Positions 31,461-40,470 of a stretch of 64,000 nucleotides of DNA are shown here, piece by piece. The notes beneath the pieces were generated by a model, which saw nothing but the letters and a program-made list of their open reading frames with translations, had not been told where the DNA came from and did no database searches. The stretch is from assembly GCA_965207885.1 (NCBI GenBank), contig OZ242311.1, positions 4,928,001 to 4,992,000 on the forward strand, given 5' to 3'. The stretch is from Candidatus Latescibacterota bacterium (GTDB lineage: Bacteria > Latescibacterota > UBA2968). The translations under genes were made by a program, and so were the position numbers. Positions within the stretch are counted from its first letter, which is position 1. The number at the start of each line of letters is the position of its first letter.

Positions 31461-33206
31461 TTATTTTTTTACCACTGGACCTGTAGGCGCCTCCTTGCTA
31501 TACAATGTACTACCTCGCTCGTAAGACGCGACGACTGAACCGTCGGCAATTTCCAATCTGGGTACGTTTTTTTCGAACACATCGCGGTCGGGGCCGCGCA
31601 TGACTGCCATCTGTTCATCGCTCATGCCCGAGACGAGATCGCCCCACCGTTTTTCCGAGTGGGTCAATTCTCCGCCGCTGCGATTGAAGTTGCGCGATGA
31701 GTATTTGTGCAAAATCCCCCGCCGCGAGATGTCGCTTTTCCACGCCAATGTGCCATGTGTGGTGCCGCCATCCATGAAGAAGAGCACGTCGCCCGCTTTC
31801 ATTTCGACGTGTTTTACCAATCCCATGTGGTCATCGCAGGTGCGCACGCCTGGGGGGAGTGAATAATACGCTTTGTGCGATCCCGGCACACACGCAAACC
31901 CACCGTCGGCTTCGGTCACGTCGCGCAATTGCCATGTCACAGTTACGGCTTCACAATAGCTTCGCCCATTTTGATAGATATATCCGCGCCCTGGATTGAG
32001 CGGTTCATTGGAGTCGTGCAGGGAATGGCCCGATGTGCCTTTGACCGCACAAAATGCCGTTCCTCCGCCCGTGCGACCACCACTGGCACCCATCCAGTTT
32101 AGCCGATGTTCAACTGCCGGATGGGCGAGCATTCTCCGAAAGGGATCACAATGGGGACTGGGCAACTGCGTCAGCCCACCCAACAGGGGCCTGCCCGTGC
32201 CCGCGAGGCTTTTTGATCCGCGTGCGAGTTCTTCGCCAACGACGATTCGATCCTCAAACTTGTCAATGGTGGCATTGGCCTGTGCCAGCCATTCTTCATC
32301 CATGATTCCGCGCAGCACCAGATACCCGTTCAAATCCCAAAAGAAAAATTCTTTTTCGTCAATGCCCGAGTTTGGATTTTTCATCAGGAAAGACGGATGA
32401 AAAATTTCGCGAGATTCGTCCAATGCGATTGTCTCACCATCTGTTTTCAACGTTGGCGGTGGCGTTGTGTCGCGATATCCTGGGCGATACAGCGATGCAC
32501 GCTGCTCTGGACTCATTCCCGCCATCGAGTCGGATATGGGCATCTTTTCTCCTTCCGAGCCAGGTCCCGCAGAACGGATCACGCCACGCCCTACGTATTC
32601 GTAGGATAGCAAGCGCTGCGGTCCCTCGCCCTGCCACGGACGCATGCCCTGTACGACGCTCAGGCCGACGATGAGCAGATCACCCGCTTTTAGTTCGGGT
32701 TGAAAAAGATAATCCGAGTCATCTACGCCAGTCAATATATCCTCTGGTGTTTCCACATTTGATTTGTGGGTACACGGTACAAATACAAATCCGCCTTCTC
32801 CGGCTTTGACATCAGAGAGTGCCCAGATTACGCGCACGCCTTCACAAAATCTTCGATCGTTCTGATGATAATATGCCAGCGCGGGATCTCGTGGCTCATT
32901 GCCGCCCTCCAGCGGGGCCGAGGTGTCACAGGTTTCGTCGCACAGTATTTCAGGTGCGCGGTCGAGCCTGAAACCGTATCCTACAATTTGATTCAGATAC
33001 CACACGAGTTGGGGATGGATCAACAAATCGCGGAACGGTTCGCGCAAATCGCCTTCCCAGCCGAGCATGCCCTCGAGCGATCCGACCCGATCAATCGCGT
33101 CGTTTAACCGCGCGACTTCGGGACGGGTCAAAGCCCCCGGTATATGCAAATAACCCGTTAAATCAAAGGCGTAATTCTCTTCGTTTGTCATGGTTTCCCG
33201 GTCCAT
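31461..33206 (-). CDS. two-domain PhyH-family dioxygenase-like protein, copy 1
   Basis: Two FDL.GYL/WDLNGYL-type repeats, VPCTHKS and VPGSHKA, THGTLAW; AAGGAGG before MDRET. Confidence 0.85.
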   Translation of the reverse strand: MDRETMTNEENYAFDLTGYLHIPGALTRPEVARLNDAIDRVGSLEGMLGWEGDLREPFRDLLIHPQLVWYLNQIVGYGFRLDRAPEILCDETCDTSAPLEGGNEPRDPALAYYHQNDRRFCEGVRVIWALSDVKAGEGGFVFVPCTHKSNVETPEDILTGVDDSDYLFQPELKAGDLLIVGLSVVQGMRPWQGEGPQRLLSYEYVGRGVIRSAGPGSEGEKMPISDSMAGMSPEQRASLYRPGYRDTTPPPTLKTDGETIALDESREIFHPSFLMKNPNSGIDEKEFFFWDLNGYLVLRGIMDEEWLAQANATIDKFEDRIVVGEELARGSKSLAGTGRPLLGGLTQLPSPHCDPFRRMLAHPAVEHRLNWMGASGGRTGGGTAFCAVKGTSGHSLHDSNEPLNPGRGYIYQNGRSYCEAVTVTWQLRDVTEADGGFACVPGSHKAYYSLPPGVRTCDDHMGLVKHVEMKAGDVLFFMDGGTTHGTLAWKSDISRRGILHKYSSRNFNRSGGELTHSEKRWGDLVSGMSDEQMAVMRGPDRDVFEKNVPRLEIADGSVVASYERGSTLYSKEAPTGPVVKK

Positions 33207-33304
33207 GTCAGCCTCCTTGACTGTGATGTACCTGTTTGCCTGCCAATATGCAGGCATAAATGTGGCGGTTTATTCATGATTAAGCTGTGTTGTGACGCTT
33301 TGCA

Positions 33305-35050
33305 TTATTTTTTTGCCACTGGACCTTTGGGTGCGTCCTGGCTGTACAATGCACTGCCTCGCTCGTAAGACGCGACGACTGAACCGTTGGTAATTTCCAA
33401 TCTGGGCACGTTCTTTCTAAACACATCGCGATCGGGGCCGCGCATGACTGCCATCTGTTCATCGCTCATGCCCGAGACGAGATCGCCCCACCGTTTTTCT
33501 GGATGAGACAATTCTCCGCCGCTGCGATTAAAATTGCGCGATGAATATTTGTGCAAAATTCCCCGTCGCGATATGTCGCTTTTCCACGCGAATGTGCCAT
33601 GTGAGGTGCTGCCATCCATGAAGAAGAGCACATCGCCTGCTTTCACCTCTATGTGTTTTACCAATCCCATGTGGTCATCGCAGGAGCTCACACCCGGGGG
33701 GGTAGGATAATACGCTTTATGCGATCCCGGCACACACGCAAACCCACCATCGGCTTCGGTTACATCGCGCAATTGCCAGGTTACGGTTACGGCTTCGCAA
33801 TAGCTGCGTCCATTTTGATAAAAGTATCCCCGGGTGGGATTGAGCGGCTCATTGGAGCCATGCTGGGAATGGCCCGATGTGCCTTTGACCGAGCAAAATG
33901 CCGTTCCTCCGCCCGTGCGACCACCACTGGCACCCATCCAGTTTAGCCGATGTTCAACGATCGGGTGGGCGAGCATTCGCCGGAAAGGATCGCAATGGGG
34001 ACTGGGCAACTGAGTCAGTCCACCCAACAGGGGTCTGCCCGTGCCTGCAAGGGTTTTTGACCCGCGTGCGAGTTCGTCGCCAACGACGATTCGATCCTCA
34101 AATTTGTCAATGGTGGCATTGGCCTGTGCCAGCCATTCTTCATCCATGACCCCGCGCAGCACCAGGTACCCGTTCAAGTCCCAAAAGTAAAATTCTTTTT
34201 CGTCAATGCCCGAGTTTGGATTTTTCATCAGGAAAGACGGATGAAAAATTTCGCGAGATTCGTCCAATGCAATTGTCTCACCATCTGTTTTCAAAGTCGG
34301 TGGCGGCGTTGTATTGCGATATCCTGGGCGATAGAGCGATGCGCGTTGTTCAGGTGTTAGTTCTGCCATCAAGTCGGATACTGGCATCTTTTCCGATTCA
34401 GGGGCAGGTCCCGCAGAACGGATCACACCGCGGCCTACATATTCGTAGGATAGCAAGCGTTGCAGTGCCTCGCCTTGCCAGGGGCGCATGCCCTGTACGA
34501 CGCTCAGGCCGACGATGAGCAGGTCGCCCGCTTTTAGTTCGGGTTGAAAAAGATAATCCGAGTCATCCTCGCCGGTCAATATATCCTCTGGCGTTTCTAC
34601 ATTTGATTTGTGCGTACACGGTACAAATACAAATCCGCCGTCACCAGCTTTGACATCAGAGAGTGCCCAGATTACGCGTACGCCTTCGCAAAATCTTCGA
34701 TCGTTCTGATGATAATATGCCAGCGCGGGGTCTCGCGGTTCATTGCCACCCATCAGGGGGGCAGAGGTGTCACAGGTTTCGTCGCACAGTATTTCGGGTG
34801 TGCGGTCGAGCCTGAAACCGTATCCTACAATTTGATTCAGATACCACACGAGTTGGGGATGGATCAATAAATCGCGGAATGGTTCGCGCAAATCATCTTC
34901 CCAGCCGAGCATTCCTTCGAGCGATCCGGTCCGATCAATCGCGTCGTTTAACCGCGCGACTTCGGGACGGGTCAGGACTCCCGGTATATGCAAATAACCT
35001 GTTAAATCAAAGGCGTAATTCTCTTCGTTTGTCATCGTTTCCCGGTCCAT
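33305..35050 (-). CDS. two-domain PhyH-family dioxygenase-like protein, copy 2
   Basis: Colinear close paralog of copy 1 with the same RBS. Confidence 0.85.
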   Translation of the reverse strand: MDRETMTNEENYAFDLTGYLHIPGVLTRPEVARLNDAIDRTGSLEGMLGWEDDLREPFRDLLIHPQLVWYLNQIVGYGFRLDRTPEILCDETCDTSAPLMGGNEPRDPALAYYHQNDRRFCEGVRVIWALSDVKAGDGGFVFVPCTHKSNVETPEDILTGEDDSDYLFQPELKAGDLLIVGLSVVQGMRPWQGEALQRLLSYEYVGRGVIRSAGPAPESEKMPVSDLMAELTPEQRASLYRPGYRNTTPPPTLKTDGETIALDESREIFHPSFLMKNPNSGIDEKEFYFWDLNGYLVLRGVMDEEWLAQANATIDKFEDRIVVGDELARGSKTLAGTGRPLLGGLTQLPSPHCDPFRRMLAHPIVEHRLNWMGASGGRTGGGTAFCSVKGTSGHSQHGSNEPLNPTRGYFYQNGRSYCEAVTVTWQLRDVTEADGGFACVPGSHKAYYPTPPGVSSCDDHMGLVKHIEVKAGDVLFFMDGSTSHGTFAWKSDISRRGILHKYSSRNFNRSGGELSHPEKRWGDLVSGMSDEQMAVMRGPDRDVFRKNVPRLEITNGSVVASYERGSALYSQDAPKGPVAKK

Positions 35051-35369
35051 GTCAGCCTCCTTGACTGTGATGTACCTGTTTGCCTGCCGATATGCAGACA
35101 TGAATGTGGCGGTTTATCTTACAGCCCGTAAGACCCAACAGCTTTAGCGTTGGGAAGCAGACGCGAGTTAGCGAGCGTTGTTTTGCAAGGGCTTTCGAAT
35201 CCCTGCTTTCGCAGGGACATGCTTATGGTGCGGTGCTTCCGTGTAAAATCATCACGGAACATGCTTAGCATGGTGGCACATTGCTCAAGGCAATGTGGAC
35301 GGTGGAGCGGTGTACAAGTGCGCCAGCACTTCATCGACCAAAATCACCCGTTCACTGACTACATAAAAA

Positions 35370-35398
35370 TTGCATAAATTACTGTTTTTGTGTATATT
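35370..35398 (+). promoter_or_regulatory. tnpB promoter, probably leaderless mRNA
   Basis: TTGCAT-17 bp-TATATT; ATG 6 nt after the -10; no SD. Confidence 0.6.
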
Positions 35399-35404
35399 TA
35401 TACT

Positions 35405-36511
35405 ATGAAATACTTAACATACAAATACAAAATGTATAGTCTCTGTGATCGCAATATGTATATCCATAGGGATATAGATTCTTTTGCTGAGGTGTATAAT
35501 CATTTCATTGCCTTGCACAAGCGATACTATCGGCGTTTTGGCAAGTATCCCAGTAAGTTCACAATGATTAACCATTTGGCAAAGCTGAAAAGAACAACAC
35601 GCTTTGCACATTGGCGTTTGTTGCCATCCCAGGCATTGCAAAATGTGATTGAGCGTATAGACTTTGGCTATCAGAAATTCTTTGCCAGAGATAATAAGCG
35701 TCCGCCCACATTCAGGTCTCGCTTTCGGTATCAGTCCTATACGCTGAAGCAAGCAGGATACAAATTCCTTGAGCGTAACAAAGTGCGTATCGGCAAGCGT
35801 ATATTTCGCTATCACAAAAGCAGAAAATTCGATTTAGATAGTATCAAAACGGTCACAATCAAGCGTGACCGCGTAGGCGATTTGTGGCTATGTGTTGTTG
35901 CAAAGGCTGAGGGTATCAAGTCATTCATTATCAAGAATGGTAAAACCGCAGGTTTTGACTTTGGCTTGCAAATATATCTAACAGCCTCAGACAGCACAAG
36001 GACACAATCGCCATTGTTCTTCAATCGTAATTCGAGGAAAGTCAAAAAGGCTAATCGCAATCTTTCTCGCAAGCGTAAGGGTAGTAACAATCGCCACCGC
36101 GCCAGGCTACATCTTGCCAGAGTCCATCGGCGTGTAGCAAATCAGCGCAGGGACTACCACTGGCGACTTGCGTATCAACTATGTGAGGAATACGACCTCA
36201 TGTATTTTGAAACGCTGAATATCGACGCCATGAAAGCGTTGTGGGGCAGAAAGATTAGCGATTTGGGCTTCTCAGACTTTTTGAACATTCTCAAGTATGT
36301 TGCCAAAAAGACGGGCAAGGTTGTCAAACAAATCGACAAATGGCTACCCACGTCAAAGACATGCTCTGCTTGTGGCACAGTCAAAGAGAATCTCGAATTG
36401 CGAGAAAGAACATTCCATTGTTGCGCATGTGGCCTTGAGATGGATAGAGACCTCAACGCGGCGATAAACATTCACAGGTGGGGGCGTCCACCTATGGCGG
36501 AGGTAGCGTAA
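35405..36511 (+). CDS. tnpB: RNA-guided endonuclease TnpB
   Basis: RuvC D (GFDFG), E (FETL), D (DRDLNAAINI); Zn finger TSKTCSACG..CCACG; SQALQ. Confidence 0.95.
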   Translation: MKYLTYKYKMYSLCDRNMYIHRDIDSFAEVYNHFIALHKRYYRRFGKYPSKFTMINHLAKLKRTTRFAHWRLLPSQALQNVIERIDFGYQKFFARDNKRPPTFRSRFRYQSYTLKQAGYKFLERNKVRIGKRIFRYHKSRKFDLDSIKTVTIKRDRVGDLWLCVVAKAEGIKSFIIKNGKTAGFDFGLQIYLTASDSTRTQSPLFFNRNSRKVKKANRNLSRKRKGSNNRHRARLHLARVHRRVANQRRDYHWRLAYQLCEEYDLMYFETLNIDAMKALWGRKISDLGFSDFLNILKYVAKKTGKVVKQIDKWLPTSKTCSACGTVKENLELRERTFHCCACGLEMDRDLNAAINIHRWGRPPMAEVA

Positions 36512-36633
36512 GACTTGCCGAACTCCGGGGAAGCAAGCAACTACTGTTGATCCCACAATCCCTGCTGAAGCAACAAGATTCTACAATCCCAATGCTTTAG
36601 ATTTGGGAGTACGTCAATCATGAAAAGCTCAAA
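36430..36633 (+). ncRNA. predicted omega/reRNA scaffold plus guide (guide starts at 36618)
   Basis: Known TnpB architecture: the RNA overlaps the tnpB 3' end and right end, and the guide is read from the flank; 5' boundary is approximate. Confidence 0.55.
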
Positions 36634-36707
36634 CCGATTCAAAAAACAAGTATAAAATGTATCCCCTCTCGACCGATTGCTTGACGCATCCTCAAAACTA
36701 TCTATAC

Positions 36708-36744
36708 AAAAAAAACTGTCCATATAAATAGAAATGGGCAGTTT
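36708..36744 (-). terminator. intrinsic terminator
   Basis: AAACTGTCCAT...ATGGGCAGTTT with a T run on the minus strand, just after the stop at 36768. Confidence 0.7.
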
Positions 36745-36767
36745 GATGATTCATTCTGAAGTACAGT

Positions 36768-37048
36768 TTAGTTTCTTTTTTCGGGAATGCTCCCTTCCTT
36801 AATCATGCGATTTTCTGGAGGGATGGGTCGCTCCGGTGGGGTAGATGATGGGGGATTTGCGGATGGTGATTGTGGAGTACTCTCGCGGTTCATCGGTTTT
36901 TCCTCCAATAAAGATATTTCATTAAAATTATCTATTTGGATCCGGTGGATTTTTTCTGGCTTATTGAGATCGGCATATAGAAAAGGCACGCTACATACCA
37001 AAGTAATACATAGTGTAAAAATAAGAAATAAATTGGCCGAATGCAACC
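36768..37048 (-). pseudogene. 3' fragment of a membrane protein gene cut by IS3
   Basis: One TM helix plus Pro/Ser-rich tail; frame runs into the IS3 left end; has its own terminator. Confidence 0.6.
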
Positions 37049-37103
37049 TGGACTTGACCCGTTTTAGTGGACAACTTATCTCTTTCAGAGAAAGGAGTCC
37101 GCA

Positions 37104-37415
37104 ATGGGAAGAAAAAGATCATATCCATCAGCATTTCGCCAGCAAATGGTCGCGCTGGTCAGATCAGGCCGTAGTGCCAGCGATTTGGCCAAAGAGTTTG
37201 AGCCGACCGCTCAGACGATCAGTGCCTGGGTGCGTCAAGCAGACCGCGATGAAGGCCGTCGGGACGATGGGTTGACCAGTCGTGAGCGAGAAGAACTTCA
37301 GCGGCTTCGCAAAGAAAATAAACGCTTGCGTCAAGAGCGTGAGATCCTTGCAAAAGCCGCGGCCTGGTTCGCAGCGGAGACCGATGCGATACCCCCAAAA
37401 TCTTCAGATACATAA
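37104..37415 (+). CDS. IS3 transposase OrfA
   Basis: HTH followed by EELQRLRKENKRLRQEREILAKAAAWF; AAGGAG RBS. Confidence 0.93.
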   Translation: MGRKRSYPSAFRQQMVALVRSGRSASDLAKEFEPTAQTISAWVRQADRDEGRRDDGLTSREREELQRLRKENKRLRQEREILAKAAAWFAAETDAIPPKSSDT

Positions 37416-37444
37416 AGGCGCATCAGGCCATCCATCCGATCACC

Positions 37445-38296
37445 ATGCTATGCCGCGTGCTGGGTGTCTCCACCAGTGGGTATTATGCCTGGTGTAATAG
37501 ACCTTTATCTAAACGGGCAAAGGACGATGAAAAGTTAACAGAACAAATAAGCACCTTTCATCAGCGTTCTAATGGAACCTATGGCGCACCGCGTATCTTT
37601 CAGGATCTGCGCGAAGTAGGTGTCCACATCAGCAAGAAACGGGTCGCAAGACTGATGCGACAAGCCAATATATGTGGTGTGAGCCGAAGAAAAGGTATCC
37701 TGACTACATACCGGTCTATCACAGACGAGAAAGCCCCTGATCTGGTTAAGCGAGACTTTAGGGTTGATAAGCCCAACAAGCTGTGGGTCGCTGATATTAC
37801 CTACATAAAAACCTGGTCTGGCTTTTTGTATCTCTCTGTTGTTCTCGACGCCTTCTCCAGACGCGTAGTTGGTTGGGCAATGGCCTCGCATCTGAAGACC
37901 CAACTGGTCTTAGATGCCTTGGATATGGCACTTTGGAACCGACGACCAGATGGGGTCATCCATCATTCAGATCAAGGCGCTCAATATACCTCTTATGCCT
38001 TTGGTCAACGCTGTGCAAGAATGGGGGTCAAACCCTCTGTCGGATCGGTTGGCGATTGCTTTGACAATGCCTTGTGTGAAAGCTTCTTTGCTACCCTTGA
38101 ATGCGAGTTGATAGACCGGCATAGCTTCCCCAATCATAATCAGGCCAAACTGTCTATCTTCGAGTATATTGAAGGGTGGTATAACCCACACCGCAGACAC
38201 TCTGCGATCAGGTACCAATCGCCCATCACCTATGAAAAACTGATGGCAAAAGGTGACGGGGTTGAAAGTTCTACACTATCCACTAAAACGGGGTAA
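37445..38296 (+). CDS. IS3 transposase OrfB (DDE), in the -1 frame to OrfA
   Basis: LCRVLGVS, WVADITY, HHSDQG, NA..ESFF, YN..RRHS. Confidence 0.95.
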   Translation: MLCRVLGVSTSGYYAWCNRPLSKRAKDDEKLTEQISTFHQRSNGTYGAPRIFQDLREVGVHISKKRVARLMRQANICGVSRRKGILTTYRSITDEKAPDLVKRDFRVDKPNKLWVADITYIKTWSGFLYLSVVLDAFSRRVVGWAMASHLKTQLVLDALDMALWNRRPDGVIHHSDQGAQYTSYAFGQRCARMGVKPSVGSVGDCFDNALCESFFATLECELIDRHSFPNHNQAKLSIFEYIEGWYNPHRRHSAIRYQSPITYEKLMAKGDGVESSTLSTKTG

Positions 38297-38301
38297 CTCC
38301 A

Positions 38302-39094
38302 GGATGAGTCCAATGAGCTGATGGATGAGGTACAAGCCTTGTTAAAAGAGGCTTTACAACTGCCCGATATTGAAAAATTACAGACCGAGCAGGCAGATCA
38401 AAAAGCAAATATGCTTTATTATTCCGTTCCATTAAGTGAGTTGGGCAATCGCCTGGATGCTTCCTATCATGTTCCCATTGTACAAGCAATCGAACAGCAT
38501 TTAGAGAAAACAGCAAAAGAGATCGTCAGAGTTGGTGATAGTCGAATAAGCCAGTCGGTTATCTTGCCTGGACGATTCAAGAGAGTCTATGTTGAAGAGG
38601 ACTGCGGGATTGTGTTTTTTGGAGGAAAACAGATATATGAACTGGATCCAAGCAACAAAAAGTACCTTTCAATAAGACAGCATGGGGACCGAATAAAAAA
38701 CCAATTAACTCTCCGAGAAAACATGACAATGATTACATGTAGCGGGACGATTGGAAAAGTAACAATAGTTCCTAAACATTGGGATGGTTGGACCGCGAAT
38801 CAACATATCATCCGCGTTGTACCGACAAACAATGAAATTGCCGGTTATCTCTATGCCTGGCTTTCAAGCGGCTATGCCTATCCTCTTATAACTCGACACA
38901 CTTACGGAGCTGTGGTTGATGAAATTGACGATAAGCAAGTTTCGAACATAGTGATTCCATTGTTGCGTGATGACTATATTCAGCAAGAGATAAACAACAG
39001 GGTTTTGACAGCAAACAAAAAGCGGACGGAAGCCTACGATTTGGAGCAAAAGGCATTAACCGTTCTCGATGAACAGGTCATTTATGCACAGTAA
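38302..39094 (+). pseudogene. C-terminal part of a restriction-modification specificity subunit (HsdS-like), 5'-truncated by IS3
   Basis: RLDASYH, ITCSGTIGKV, NQHIIRV, YGAVVDEI, coiled-coil end; frame open back to the IS end. Confidence 0.75.
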
Positions 39095-39223
39095 ACTCGA
39101 TGATAAAGCAATTCACCAGATGGCAATCCTGCTACATCCCTCGCCTCCTAAATTACCCTCCATCCACCACACCAAATTCGGCAACGCGCTAACCAAAGTT
39201 GCTGATTCAATGAAAATAAAACC

Positions 39224-40470
39224 ATGACCAATTTGATCAACAAATCGGATGATACTTTTCGCGTCTTGCACACAGCTGATTGGCATTTGGGAAAAACATT
39301 AAATGATCAACCACGGGATGAAGAACATGAGCTATTTCTCAACTGGTTACTCAAAATTATTGACGAAGGTGCTGTCGATGTACTGGTCATTGCAGGCGAT
39401 GTATTCGACTCCGCAAACCCTCCTCAATTGGCACAGACTCGATATTACGATTTTGTCTCTCAACTTTACAAAAACACCAACTGTTCACTCATCGTCACTG
39501 CAGGCAACCATGATTCACCATTACAATTAGAAGCACCGCGCCAGGTACTGCAAGCCCTCGGTGCCCATGTCGTGGGTTTCTTGCCTGAAGATCCCGTATC
39601 TCGCCTTATTGTCTTGCCTTCACCTGAAAATCCACGCCTTGTCATTGCAGCTATTCCCTTTTTGCGAGACAGGGACCTGAGAAAAGGCTATGCCGGTCAG
39701 GATGCAAGCGATATTCAACAGGCACTCACTGATGGCATTAAAAAGCGTTATGAAGAGACCGGCGAAGCGGCAGCTAAATGGTCTAAAAAGGGTGTACCGA
39801 TATTGGCAACGGGCCATCTCACTGTCATGGGTACCTCAAAAACGGATAGCGAAAGAGAAATCCATATCGGTGGTCTTGGTGCCGTTAGCACAGACGTATT
39901 TCCCGATATCTTTTCTTATGTCGCCCTGGGACATCTGCACCGTCCACAAACACCAGATAACCACGTATGTTATTCCGGCTCTCCCATCGCATTGAGCTTT
40001 AGCGAAGCAAATGATACCAAAGAGGTTCAAATACTCAATTTTGCAGACGGCACCTTAAAAACGCAAACGCCCATCCCGGTGCCTGTATTCCGCAGATTGG
40101 CCCAGATTCGCACATCGTGGGACGATCTATCAGAAGCCATCAGCAATTTTAATCCTGACACTGGCGGATTGGAAACCTGGGTCGAGGTTGTTGTCAAAGA
40201 TGCAGGCTTTGGCGAGGATATCAACGAAGCCGTACAGAGTTTGGTAGCAAAGCGGGAATTTAAAGTGTTAAAAGTATTGCGAGAAGGTGCGACCCTGCCA
40301 GAACCCCCGTAGGTAACGAAGCCATCGAAACACTTCTCGATGATCCCACAAAGGTATTCGAGCATCGACTGGAACAAGAACCCAATATGGATAAAGAACA
40401 TAAACAGGAACTTAAAATTGCTTTTGCTCAACTACTTGACCTCTATGAAACAGAAGGCACAAACGCATGA
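39224..40470 (+). pseudogene. sbcD: SbcD nuclease with a frameshift near 40305-40310
   Basis: HTADWHLG, AGDVFD, GNHDS, ALGHLH, YSGSP; the last ~52 codons continue in another frame to a TGA overlapping the sbcC ATG. Confidence 0.85.

Larger units (their letters stand above)
31435..35117. repeat. tandem direct duplication, 1,844-bp period
   Basis: ATTAAGCTGTGTTGT at 31435 and 33279; GTGGCGGTTTAT ending at 33273 and 35117; coding regions colinear. Confidence 0.97.
35118..36617 (+). mobile_element. IS200/IS605-family element lacking tnpA (IS1341-like)
   Basis: Related subterminal hairpins CCCAACAGCTTTAGCGTTGGG (35134-35154) and CCCAATGCTTTAGATTTGGG (36588-36607); ends in TCAA; inserted 3' of TTTAT with no target duplication; empty site TTTAT|TCATGA present at 33269-33279. 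Confidence 0.9.
37049..38301 (+). mobile_element. IS3-family insertion sequence
   Basis: IRL TGGACTTGACCCGTTTTAGTGGA; IRR (reverse complement) TGGAGTTACCCCGTTTTAGTGGA; 5'-TG...CA-3' ends; orfA and orfB. Confidence 0.95.

Noticed and set aside
35119-35377. Short ORFs as a tnpA remnant
   Set aside because: No HUH or catalytic Tyr motif; the ORFs overlap hairpins and look spurious
35405-36511. Cas12f or nuclease-dead TldR
   Set aside because: No CRISPR repeats or cas genes nearby, IS ends are present, and the RuvC D-E-D residues are intact
35118-36617. IStron (group I intron fused to IS605)
   Set aside because: The element ends in TCAA rather than the terminal G a group I intron needs, it is intergenic, and I could not identify the conserved catalytic core
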